DNA of 64,000 nt from assembly GCA_963842525.1 (NCBI GenBank), contig CAWJGT010000006.1:160001-224000 (forward strand). Reading direction: 5' to 3'. The translations under genes were made by a program, and so were the position numbers. Source of the DNA: an uncultured Holophagales bacterium. Its GTDB lineage: Bacteria > Acidobacteriota > Thermoanaerobaculia > Multivoradales > UBA5704. Below the pieces are notes generated by a model. That model was not told the origin of the DNA, searched no databases, and worked only from the letters and a program-made list of their open reading frames with translations. Every line of letters starts with the position of its first letter. The stretch's first letter is position 1. This document shows positions 52,731-62,491 of the stretch, one piece after another.

Positions 52731-55325
52731 TTATCGGACCGCGGTCGACTCCACCTTCTCTCCGACCGTGTGGGTCACCTCGCCGCTGCTGGGCAGGAGC
52801 TCGGTGCGCTCGGAGGGAGTGTAGGTCGCTGTGATGCGATAGGCGCCGGGCGCGGGGAACTTCGGCGTCCAGCTCGCCCGACCCTTCGCGTCGACCTCGA
52901 CCTGCGCCATCTCGGTGCCGTCGATGAAGAACTGGACGGAGCCGGTCGGTGCGCCTCTTTCGCGATCGGGCACCTTCCGCTCCACGACTGCGGTGAACGT
53001 CACCTGCTCATCGAGCTTGGTTTGCTTCTTGTCGGCGGTCACCGTGGTGGCGGTCGCGCCGGCCTGGAGCTTTTCGGTGAGCTTATAGGTTCGTGCGAAA
53101 TCCGGATCGTTCATCACCATCACGTCGAAGACGCAGTCGTCCTTCCGCCGTTCGGCGCGGATTCCGAGGCAGGCCTCCAGCGCCTTTTTCTCATCCAGGA
53201 GCTTCTCGATGGGCGGCTGCTGCGGCACGACACACGGCGCCGTCTCCGGCGGCCAATCGAGATAGGTGAACGTGTAGGTCGACGTGCCGGGCGCGTAGTC
53301 GAAGAGGCTCGAGACGGTGGTGACACGCCACGCGTCGCCGAAGGTGTTGTACAGGTCGTCATAGCGGTCGGACAGCGCGGCCGGCCTCGCTCCGAGCGAG
53401 GTGCCGTCCGGGAGCCGCGGCAGCCAGCCGTCCGTGACGTCGCCCATGATGCCCTCGAGGGCCGGCGTCTGGGAGACGTTCAGGTTGAGGTACCACTTGC
53501 TCTGCCACGCCCACCAGCCCGGCGTCACGATCAGGTGGGTGCCGTTGGGGAATTCGATCTCGATGCCGCCCGCGATCGCCGTGGGGCTGATGCGGCCGCC
53601 GTCGCCGAGGTCGATCCCGGTGGGGCTCAGGGTCGTGAGGATGCCGTCCACGCGGAGCTGGAGACCGGCCGGATCCGGGATGCCGTTCAGATTCGGCTGG
53701 TAGGTGACCCGGTGTGCGCCCACCCGGGCGGCGACGGCGGAGGTCAGGCTCACGCAGCTCGTGAGCCCGGTGTGGCCGTTCGGCCCGAGCGTGTAATCCG
53801 TCGCGATGGGGTCGTGGCGGGCCTGGATCTCCATCCCGTCCAGGTCGAACAGCACGGTGAACTCGCCCCCGCCCTGGAAGTCGTAGTAGACCCCGTCGAC
53901 GGTCGCGATATGCGGATCTCCTTCCATCGCCGCCGCCCCTCCCATTACCAGGTCGGTGTAGGCATCGAACCTCGTCGCGCCGTTGGGGTTGTCGCCGGTG
54001 CTGTTGGACACGTCGGCCCAGATCGGATGCACCCGGCCCTGGAAGTAGCTCATGCCGGAGTAGTCGCCGAACTCGATGTTCGCCTCGCCGGGGGCCGGCG
54101 GGACGGAGCCGTTGCCGCTCGTCAGAACGTCGCCCACCTGGCCGTTGGGGATGAAGGCCGGGTACATGGACGGCGTCGAGATGGTGCAGAACTCCTGCAT
54201 GGTGGTGTTGGTCGGCGAGTTGCGCGCATCGTGCCAGCAGACGGCGATGTTGCCCGACAGCGGATTGCTCGCGATCCGTGGCAGGAACTGGCTGCGGATC
54301 GGTGCCGCCGGGTCGTCGTTGAAGCGGGTCGGCGCGCTCCAGGTCGCACCGTCGTTGTCCGAGTGGCGCACCATGATGTCGAGGTCGTGATTCTCGTTGA
54401 CCGTCTCTTCCGTGTAGACGAGGTAGAGGCGGCCGAAATGGGGGCTCGCCGGGAGCCGGTCGTAGGCCAGGCCGGCCTCCGAATCGACGGACCGGACGTT
54501 CTGGGCCGGGATGAAGTCGAAGCCGCCGACGTTGGTGGTGGTCGCCGCGACGCCGGCGTTGAAGTTGCCGGCGCCGAGCCCGTCGGCGTCGGTATTGACG
54601 CGGATCGTCCCGGGACCCTGGCCGCCGGTCGGGGTCTGGCAGGCCTGCACGACCGCACCGTTCGGTGCGATGGTGATGTCACCGAAGCTGCAGTTGCCCG
54701 TGTTCGGGATCGTCTGCAGCGCACCGAAGGCGCCGACCGCGCCCAGGCCGGTCACCGCGGCGCCGCGCGCCCGCATCGTGCCGCTCTGGTTCCACACCAC
54801 CCAGACCGCGGTGCCGGCCGTGGTATCGGCCGCCACCACCGTCGGCTGGTCGACGCTGCCCGCGAAAGTGACGAGGGTGGTGAAATTTTGCCCGCTGTCG
54901 GTGCTGATCAGGATCACGACGTTGGCCGCCGTGCTGTCGAGGTAGCCGAAGTAGAGATTCCCGAAGCTGTCCCAGGCCAGGGTCGGGTCGCAGCAGGAGA
55001 GCGGACCCTGCAAGGGGTCGCCGTCGGCGAGTGTCCGGTCCGTGGCGTCCGGATAGGTCCAGGTCACGCCGTGGTTGGTGCTGCGCGCGGCGAAGATCCC
55101 GGCGCCCGCGTGGTTGCAGGCGGCGAAGAGCTCCGTGTGGTTGGTCGGGTTCTTGATGATCGCGCACTCGTTCTGGTAGTTGGCCAGTTGCGAGGTGTTG
55201 ACGTCGGGGTTGCTCGACATCTGAGCGTGGGCCGTGGAGCACGGAAGGAACAGCAAGAAAACTCCCGCGCAGGCCGCGGCGACGATCAGCCGGGCGGAGC
55301 GGGAAGGATGCATGTCATTGCGCAT
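52731..55325 (-). CDS. Secreted Asp-box propeller + VWD (GDPH) + Ig-like protein
   Basis: Signal peptide; STNHGVTW, SDNDGATW; GDPHIATVDG.YDFQG.GEF; C-terminal PTGSVQF..YRITATY. Confidence 0.85.
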   Translation of the reverse strand: MRNDMHPSRSARLIVAAACAGVFLLFLPCSTAHAQMSSNPDVNTSQLANYQNECAIIKNPTNHTELFAACNHAGAGIFAARSTNHGVTWTYPDATDRTLADGDPLQGPLSCCDPTLAWDSFGNLYFGYLDSTAANVVILISTDSGQNFTTLVTFAGSVDQPTVVAADTTAGTAVWVVWNQSGTMRARGAAVTGLGAVGAFGALQTIPNTGNCSFGDITIAPNGAVVQACQTPTGGQGPGTIRVNTDADGLGAGNFNAGVAATTTNVGGFDFIPAQNVRSVDSEAGLAYDRLPASPHFGRLYLVYTEETVNENHDLDIMVRHSDNDGATWSAPTRFNDDPAAPIRSQFLPRIASNPLSGNIAVCWHDARNSPTNTTMQEFCTISTPSMYPAFIPNGQVGDVLTSGNGSVPPAPGEANIEFGDYSGMSYFQGRVHPIWADVSNSTGDNPNGATRFDAYTDLVMGGAAAMEGDPHIATVDGVYYDFQGGGEFTVLFDLDGMEIQARHDPIATDYTLGPNGHTGLTSCVSLTSAVAARVGAHRVTYQPNLNGIPDPAGLQLRVDGILTTLSPTGIDLGDGGRISPTAIAGGIEIEFPNGTHLIVTPGWWAWQSKWYLNLNVSQTPALEGIMGDVTDGWLPRLPDGTSLGARPAALSDRYDDLYNTFGDAWRVTTVSSLFDYAPGTSTYTFTYLDWPPETAPCVVPQQPPIEKLLDEKKALEACLGIRAERRKDDCVFDVMVMNDPDFARTYKLTEKLQAGATATTVTADKKQTKLDEQVTFTAVVERKVPDRERGAPTGSVQFFIDGTEMAQVEVDAKGRASWTPKFPAPGAYRITATYTPSERTELLPSSGEVTHTVGEKVESTAVR

Positions 55326-55340
55326 TGGTTTCCTTTCCTC

Positions 55341-55811
55341 TTACCGTGATTGGCCTGCGGCCCAGAGACCGCGGCGAGCCGTCCGGGCTTCGTTCTCGGC
55401 CGCGGCCAGCTCTCCGTATTTGAAGTCGAAACCCTCCTGGCGCCGGGCAAGCCCTGCCCGCACCAGCTCCTGAGCGACCTCCTTGATCCCGAGGACCGGA
55501 TCGTCGGTGAACAGCCGGGACTCCATCAAGCCGTCCTCTGCGCGGCCCTCGAAGCGCATGCGCACGTTCTTGCCGAGCACCATCTCGGTGAGCCGCCGGA
55601 CCGCCTCGTCGGCGAGCGGTCCCTTCTTCTCCGCCTCGATCCCGACGAGCCGGAGCACGTACTGTCCGTCGCCGTAGTCGAACGTCACCACGTTTCCGCT
55701 CTTCACCTCGATGACCTTCCCATAGAGCGAATCTCCCGCGTGGGCAGGAAGCCAGCTCGCCCCCAGGATCAGAAGACCCAGGAGTCCTGCGCCAGCCCAT
55801 TTTGTCCTCAT
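55341..55811 (-). CDS. Thermonuclease (SNase)-fold exported protein
   Basis: RLVGIEA, ELVRAGLAR, AENEARTARRGLW. Confidence 0.8.
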   Translation of the reverse strand: MRTKWAGAGLLGLLILGASWLPAHAGDSLYGKVIEVKSGNVVTFDYGDGQYVLRLVGIEAEKKGPLADEAVRRLTEMVLGKNVRMRFEGRAEDGLMESRLFTDDPVLGIKEVAQELVRAGLARRQEGFDFKYGELAAAENEARTARRGLWAAGQSR

Positions 55812-56023
55812 CAGAACGCCTCCTTAAGAGATGGATCGAGCTCCCAAATTGGAGCTCCTTCGACTTCACCTGCTTGAACCTCTAATAAGAAAGGTGCTTC
55901 AAGGGTGGGAAACGAGCCGCGAGAGGGAGGCACGGCGCGCGCGAACGCCGCGGACCGCCACCCAGTGTGGCGGGTTGTGGTGCCAGCATTTGTTTGCCGC
56001 GAGACGGATGGGCAGGGCCGGCC

Positions 56024-56231
56024 AATCAGCCCCGCAGGGGCGGCCGGAATTAGCCCGGGATTTCAATCCCGGGGATCGGGCGCACACCCAAACCCGGAGC
56101 CCCACCAGGGGCGACAGGAATACGACCGGCGAGCCCCTGCCGCCCCTACCGGGGCTGATGGAGAGGGTTTGGCCTTCCCTACCCGGCCCTGAAGGACCGG
56201 GCTAATTCCGGCCGCCCCTGCGGGGCTGATT
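56024..56231. repeat. Family-B palindromic element with 35-bp perfect arms
   Basis: AATCAGCCCCGCAGGGGCGGCCGGAATTAGCCCGG and its exact reverse complement at 56197-56231. Confidence 0.88.
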
Positions 56232-56298
56232 TCCAGCCCTGGGACTGCCGGCATAATGAAATAATGAAGGTGTTGCCTGTCGAGCCAGCGAGGACTCC

Positions 56299-57693
56299 AT
56301 GCGAGACCAGGTCTTCATCAGCTACAGCCATCGCGACAAGAGGCTCATGGAAGATCTTCTCGCGCACCTGAAGCCCTACGTCCGCTCAGGCTCCATCACG
56401 GCCTGGTCGGACAAGCAGATCGCTGCGGGCTCGAAGTGGCTGGCCGAGATTCAGGCGGCCTTGGAAAAGACCAGGGTCGCAGTCCTGCTCGTGAGCCCCC
56501 ATTTCCTCGCATCGGATTTCATTCACGACCACGAGCTTGGACCGCTTTTGAAAGAAGCCGACGCAGGAGGCGTCAAGATCCTGTGGGTTCAGGTCCGGGC
56601 GTCCAGCTACAAGGAAACCCCCCTCGAAGCCTACCAGGCCGTGGTTTCACCGCCGGCCAAGCCGTTGGCGCAGATGGGGCCAGAGCGCGACCAGGCGTGG
56701 GTTCAGCTCTGCGAGGAGGTGAAGAAGGCTGTAAGCGCGCAGAAAACGCCGCTGCCTGTGTACTCCACCCCCCTCCTCGACCTCGGCCGCCTGCCCATCC
56801 CCGGCCCGACGTTCGTCGGCCGCGAAGCCGAGCTCGCCCGTCTCGATGCCGCCTGGGAGGAACCATCCATCCACGTCCTCACCCTGGTGGCCTTCGGAGG
56901 CGTCGGCAAGTCAGCCCTGGTCGCCCGCTGGCTCGACCGCATGGCGGCCGACGGCTGGCGCGGAGCCGCGCGGGTGCTGGACTGGTCGTTCTACAGCCAG
57001 GGCTCCGAGGACCGGGTCACCTCCGCCGAGCCGTTCATCAACCACGCTCTCCTCTTCTTCGGCGATCCCGATCCCAAGGCCGGCTCCCTGCACGATCGCG
57101 GCGCCCGTCTTGCCATTCTAATAAGGATGCAACGCTCCCTGCTCGTCCTCGACGGCATCGAGCCGCTGCAATACCCGCCGGGCCGGCCGGAGATCGAGGG
57201 CCGCCTTAAGGACCCAGGCCTCGCCGCTCTGCTCAAGGGCCTGGCCGCGGGCAATCCGGGCCTCTGCGTGGTCACCACCCGGGAACGGATCGCCGACCTC
57301 GACGGTTCGCTGAGCACGGCGCCCCTCACCCTGACCCTCCTCGGCAACTTCCTGCGCAAGGCCCACGACGGCGATGTCCGCAATCTGCGCGAGATCGACC
57401 TCCATCAAGCCGATAAGAAGCAGGGCGGCCACGCCTCCGCCGTGATCGCCGCCTATGCCGGCTGGCTGGGAGAGGGACCGGAGCTGGCGATCCTCCGCCT
57501 CCTCGGCCTCTTCGACCACCCCGCGGAGGCCGACGCCCTGAAGGTCCTGCGCGCGGCGCCGCCTATCCCGGGGCTGACGGAGCCTCTGGTGGACCTCTCG
57601 GACGAGGACTGGCGGCTCGCCGTCGCCACCCTGCGGGAGGACCACAGCCTGCTGGCGGCGGCCGATGGTCGACCCCTTGTCAACGGGCGCTGA
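56299..57693 (+). pseudogene. TIR + STAND/NB-ARC-like NTPase, truncated
   Basis: VFISYSHRD..FIHDHEL; AFGGVGKS; LLVLDGIE; no C-terminal sensor repeats. Confidence 0.7.
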
Positions 57694-57875
57694 TTGCCCC
57701 TGGTCAATTCTCGACCTGCCAGACGGCTTCAATTGGGGACGCCTACCCCGGAAAGATCACCACCCGCCGGTAGGGCTCAGGGCTCCTCGCGCAGCGCCTC
57801 TTCGTCCTGCGACCGCACGTCGCCTTGGCCGGTTCTGCTACACTGGTGCGGTCGATCCCTGCGGACGAGTAGTCC

Positions 57876-58415
57876 ATGAGAAGCACCGCCCGCAGCGCAC
57901 TGCGTCCGTTCGTCGTTGCTTTTGTCGCGCTCTGGCCTCTGGTGTTGCCGTCTGCCGGCCGGGCGATCTCCGAGACGGCTTGGTCCGGCCCGTCGATCCC
58001 CTGGTGGAACCAGATCGTCGACGACGGCATCGCGTTGCAGGTGGACATCGGCCCGCTCGATGTGGCCCGGGGCGGCGTGCTGCGCGCGCGGGACGAGATT
58101 GCCTTCCGTTTCCGGCTCTATGACGCGGCCACCGGCCTGCCTCTCGCCGGGCTGGCGCCATCGGCCTGGGTCGAGCTAATCCCCGAAGGCGAGCCGTTCG
58201 ATCCGGAGCGTTGCGGCGGGCGGGCGGTGCGCACCCTCGCCGGCGCGCCTCTCTCAGGCCTCGCCGAACAGTCCCGGCCCGGCACCTACGAGACCGTCGC
58301 CCGGCTCGGGCGCGCCGGACGTTATGAGGTCCTGTTCCTCGTGGAGACGCCGCGCGTCGTCCAGTGCTTCCAGGTGGACGTGCGGCCGGGCCGGGTTGCT
58401 TGGCTACGGCGTTAG
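57876..58415 (+). CDS. Exported hypothetical protein
   Basis: Signal peptide; beta-rich (FRLYDAATGLPLAGLAPSAW, PGTYET..GRYEV). Confidence 0.55.
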   Translation: MRSTARSALRPFVVAFVALWPLVLPSAGRAISETAWSGPSIPWWNQIVDDGIALQVDIGPLDVARGGVLRARDEIAFRFRLYDAATGLPLAGLAPSAWVELIPEGEPFDPERCGGRAVRTLAGAPLSGLAEQSRPGTYETVARLGRAGRYEVLFLVETPRVVQCFQVDVRPGRVAWLRR

Positions 58416-58629
58416 AGGGTGTCTGGAAATTCCTGCGCGAGCCCTGGCCCCTCACCCCCGACCCCTCTCCCATCCGCACTCACACCCGCCCGGGAGAGGG
58501 GAGCCCCCACCCAGGAACTTCCTGATCATGCATTTCTCCCCTCTCCCGGGGGAAGGGAGTGCGGATGGGAGAGGGGTCGGGGGTGAGGGACCAAGGCGAC
58601 GCCCCCAGCAGAGTTTTCCAAACATCCTC
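58415..58629. mobile_element. MITE copy with TTA target duplication
   Basis: TTA|GAGGGTGTCTGGAAA...TTTCCAAACATCCTC|TTA. Confidence 0.85.
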
Positions 58630-59382
58630 TTAGGCGGGAGGAGGCAGCGCGTCCGGCAGGGGCTCCGGTCCGGTGCCGAGCCGCCGTTGGATCTCAAGTT
58701 GGCGCCGGTGGCTCAGCCAGCCGTTCAACCAGCACAAGGGGCCGAGCAGGAAGAAGATGATCCCGGGGAGCCCGTAGAAGATGCCTATGCCCTGCCAGGC
58801 CAGCGCAACCGAGAGCAGGCCTACGCCGACGTAGATCAGGTAGTGGCGGGCCCACATCCGCGCCTCGTGCCGCTCGAGCTCGTCGAGGTCGAGCTCGTCC
58901 CGGAGCCGCCAGGCGTGCAGGTAGAGCAGGACGAAGCACATGAAGACGGCGACGAAGCCCCATCCATAGATGAGCATCACGGACTGCAGCTCTTCGACGG
59001 AGCGGATGCTGTTTTTCGCATCTTCGAGGCCGAGGAACCGGCCGACGAAGCTGGTGAAGAGGAACTTCAAAGGATAGACATAGAAGAGGACCAGGAACAG
59101 CAGCACCGAGTTGATCGTCACGGTCCAGCCGTCCTGCAGCCCGTAGCGACGAAAGAACCCGTTGTGCGCCACCCACATCATCAGCAGGATGGCGAAGCTG
59201 AGGCCGAAGCCGACGAAGCCGCGCAGGCTTTGCATCAGCTCGGGATAGGTTCGCGGCACCTCGAGCGTGACGACCAGCAGCGTCGCGGCGAAACCGAAGA
59301 CGGCGTCGCTGAAGGCCTCCAGGCGCGAGACCTCACGGCCGCGGATGTGAAAGACGCGCCGTTCGGGGGGAGGGTTGGCCAC
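58630..59382 (-). CDS. TMEM175-family potassium channel
   Basis: RLEAFSDAVFGFAATLLV. Confidence 0.88.
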   Translation of the reverse strand: MANPPPERRVFHIRGREVSRLEAFSDAVFGFAATLLVVTLEVPRTYPELMQSLRGFVGFGLSFAILLMMWVAHNGFFRRYGLQDGWTVTINSVLLFLVLFYVYPLKFLFTSFVGRFLGLEDAKNSIRSVEELQSVMLIYGWGFVAVFMCFVLLYLHAWRLRDELDLDELERHEARMWARHYLIYVGVGLLSVALAWQGIGIFYGLPGIIFFLLGPLCWLNGWLSHRRQLEIQRRLGTGPEPLPDALPPPA

Positions 59383-59393
59383 GGGTCGCCTTT

Positions 59394-61128
59394 TTAACCC
59401 GCCTTCTCGTCCAGCACCGCCCGGTCGCGCAGCTTCTCGGCGGCGGGGGAGAGGGGGGCATGGGTCAGGATCTTGTTGATCCGCTCGACCGCCTTCACGG
59501 CGTCGCCCATCCGCTGGTAGAGGACGACCTCGGCGTAGAGGTTGTCGGCCAGGACGTTCAGGCGGGTCAGGACATCCGCCACGTGCGGGCCTTCGGGGAA
59601 GCGGCGCAGGTACTCGGCGCCGTTGGCGACGTCGTCGTAGGACTTGACCATGGAGGTCAGCCGCTCGGCGGCGATCTTGCGGATCTCGGCGTCGCGGTCC
59701 TGGATGGCGAGCTGTTCCAGTGCCGCCAGCTCCTTCAGGTTGGGCGCCAGGTTGCGCAGCCCGGTGCGGGCGCGTTTGCCTTCGGCGCTGTTGGGCGCCG
59801 TCTCCCAGGCGGCCATGTAGCGGGTCACCGCCTCGGTCTGGTTGCCCAGCCGGCTGTAGGCGTCCCCGAGGGCGAGCCCCGCCTCGGGCGACTGCGTTGC
59901 ATCGGGGAAGTTGCTCAGGAAGCTGACCAGGAACGAGGTCTCGTAGACGCCGCCGCCGAGCACCTCGACCGCCCGCGGATAGAGCTCCTTGCGCTTGGCC
60001 TCCAGGTCCGAGATCTCCGCCTCCAGCGTGGGCAGGAGGTCGCTCTTGGCATCGACGGCGCGCACCGCGCCCAGCTCCTCGCGGTACCGGCGGACGACCG
60101 AGGCGTAGTCGCGCGACAACAGTGGCTTGGCGAGCTCGATGTCGCGGAGCTTGTGGAGCCTGTCGAGGCGGAGCGTCTCGGCCACCTTGCCCTGCGGCCA
60201 GGTCGAAAGCGACGCCCCCTCCAGGAAGGCGATCACCGGCGGCTCGGGCTTCTGCCGCTCCTTGTAGGTCATCAGCACCGCCTGGGTGCGCTCGCGGTAG
60301 GCGTCCGCCGGCTTTTTCGGCTGCGGCTTCCAGGTGTCCTTGCGCGCCTCCGCGGCGCGGATCCGCACGTCGGCGAAGGGGTGGGTCTGCAAGTACCCGA
60401 ACTCCTTGAGCTGCGGCATCCGGCTGTTCATCAGCTCCCAGACTTTCTGCGCGCCGCCCGGATCGAAGCCGGCAGCCGCGGCGAGCCGCTGCCCTTCGGC
60501 GTCGGACTCGTCCTCGTGCTCGCGGCTGTAGTTGCGCAGCAGGAGCTCTCCGAGCACCAGGCTGGTGGCCGCCGCCCCTTGCACCCGGTCGGCGGCCGGA
60601 TCGCGCTCGCCCCGCGGGTCGTAGGGGACGTCCGGGTCGCGCGTGTTGTTGCCCTGGTCGAGCATCACGCCGACCACGAGCAGGCTTCCCGAGGACCTGC
60701 AGCAGGGTGGCCTTGCGCTGCATGCGCTTGTAGTGCTCCAGGGTCACGTGGCCGATCTCGTGGCCGAGCACCGCGGCGAGCATGTCGTCGTCGAGCCCGA
60801 GGTCGAGCATGCCGCGGGTGATGAAGATCTGGCCCGCCGGCAGCGCGAAGGCGTTCGGCACCGGCATGTCGACGAGGCTGAAGGTGAAGGGGAACTTCTG
60901 GAAGTCGGACTGCTGCGCCAGCTCGTAGCCGATGCGGTTGACCCGCGCCAGCTCGGTCGGGTTGTCGTATTTTCCGTACTGCTCGACGACCTGGCCGGCG
61001 GCCTGGACGCTCTTGGCGAAGAGGTCGGGATTGGAGATGGTCTGCGCCGCCAGGTCCCGGAGAGGGAGGATCGTCAGGAGCAGGAAGGCGGTGGCGAGTC
61101 GGCCGGGTCGATTCCGTCGATTGCTCAT
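59394..61128 (-). CDS. M48 metalloprotease with TPR C-terminus (frameshift near 60688)
   Basis: PNAFALP, GHEIGH, YSREHEDESD, THP. Confidence 0.85.
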
Positions 61129-61231
61129 GGGGTCCTCACAACAGTCGGTTTCCTGGCAAAGCGTCAACCCCTCACAACACGGCCCCCGAAGTCAAAACTC
61201 CCACCTTACTCCGATAGGGTAGCAGCATCTC

Positions 61232-61528
61232 ATGGTAGCTTTCCCCTCCATGAGCGAGCTGACCATCACGGTGGAGACCGGCCGGGGATCGATGGAGGAG
61301 ATGCGGTCCGCCCTGGACGCCGGTCTCAAGGAGGAGTTCCCCGGGGGGATGCTCAAGTGGCGTTGGGAGGGCGACGTGATGCACCTCTCGGGTCCCGGCG
61401 CCAAGGCCACGATCGTCCTGGAGGACGGCCGCCTCGTCGGCCGCGCAGAGCTCGGGCCGCCCGCCAGCCTGATGCGTCCGGTGATCGAGCAGAAGATCGC
61501 GCGGGCGATGAAAAAGGCCGCCGACTGA
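61232..61528 (+). CDS. Polyhydroxyalkanoic acid system-like small protein
   Basis: WRWEGD.MHLSGPG..ELGPP...IEQKI; upstream of thiolase. Confidence 0.6.
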   Translation: MVAFPSMSELTITVETGRGSMEEMRSALDAGLKEEFPGGMLKWRWEGDVMHLSGPGAKATIVLEDGRLVGRAELGPPASLMRPVIEQKIARAMKKAAD

Positions 61529-62462
61529 CGGACGCACCCTCCCTTCCCGCCGCGCTGCTCCTTCACGCCGGGGCCGATCCGGAAGCTCCCTGGCTCTTCC
61601 GGCGCGAAGGTTGGGACTGGCGCTGGTGGCCCTGGCGACGGGTCGCTGACGCCGTCGCAGGATGGTCCGCCTCTTTCGCGGAAATCTCCGAACCGCGGAT
61701 CGCCTTTCCCTGGGTTCCTGAGCCTTCCCTCGTTGCTTTCGACCTGGCCATCCAGGCCTCCGGCCGGACCGCGGTCCCGGTGAGCCTCGGCGCCTCGCGG
61801 CCCGATCCGGCCGGAGGCTGTGCCTGGGTGGAGCCCTCTCCCCCTACCCCCTCTCCCGTGCGTCCCGCACCCCCCGCCCCGAACGGGAGAGGGGGAAACC
61901 CGAAGGAACCGGGTGGTGGCGCCCCTCTCCCGCTCGGGGTGGGGGGCGGTGGCCGCGCGGGGGAGGGGTCGGGGGAGGGGGGGAGGGGGCCGGCGGCGTC
62001 GTGGTCCGCGGTCCCGATGGCGCTCCGGTCGAGCTCTCCCAGGCCGATTTGATCTCCAGGGCGGAGAGCCTTCGCCAACAGATCCCGGCCGGGAAGCCCG
62101 GCAAGCGCGACATCCTGGTCCTTGCCGGGGATCTCGCGGAGCCGGCCGAGCGGACGCTGCTCGCCTGGGCGACGGTGGCCGGGGCCGCCCTGCTGCTCGA
62201 GCCGCTCCGGGAAAGCCTCGTGGGCACCGCCGTCTGGGCGCGCCCCACCGTGTTCGCCGGCACGGCCGAAGAAACCGCCCGGCTGCGGCAGGCCGTCGAG
62301 CGCGAAGGCTCGCGATGGTGGAGGAGGAGACCGCGGCTGCCCTTTGGCCGGCTGCGGGCAGTGCTCCAGACCGACACGGCGGAGGTCGCGCCCGGGGATG
62401 TCGCACGCTGGGCCGAGCACGGCGTGACGCTCTTGCCGCAAAGCGGCAAAGCCGTGGTATAA
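61525..62462 (+). CDS. Degenerate AMP-binding-like protein with internal palindrome (frameshift near 61990)
   Basis: PWLFRREG..WRRVADAV..DLAIQASG..VPV, continuing VVRGPDG..PTVFAG in another frame; start uncertain. Confidence 0.55.
61834..61985. repeat. Family-A-like palindromic element inside a CDS
   Basis: CCCTCTCCC..GGGAGAGGG and inverted partner. Confidence 0.7.
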
Positions 62463-62491
62463 ACCTCCCGGAGGAGGAGAGGAGGCGCACC

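Noticed and set aside
58630-61167. M48 protease-TMEM175 fusion
   Set aside because: Created by a frameshift near 60688; the middle segment is out-of-frame sequence
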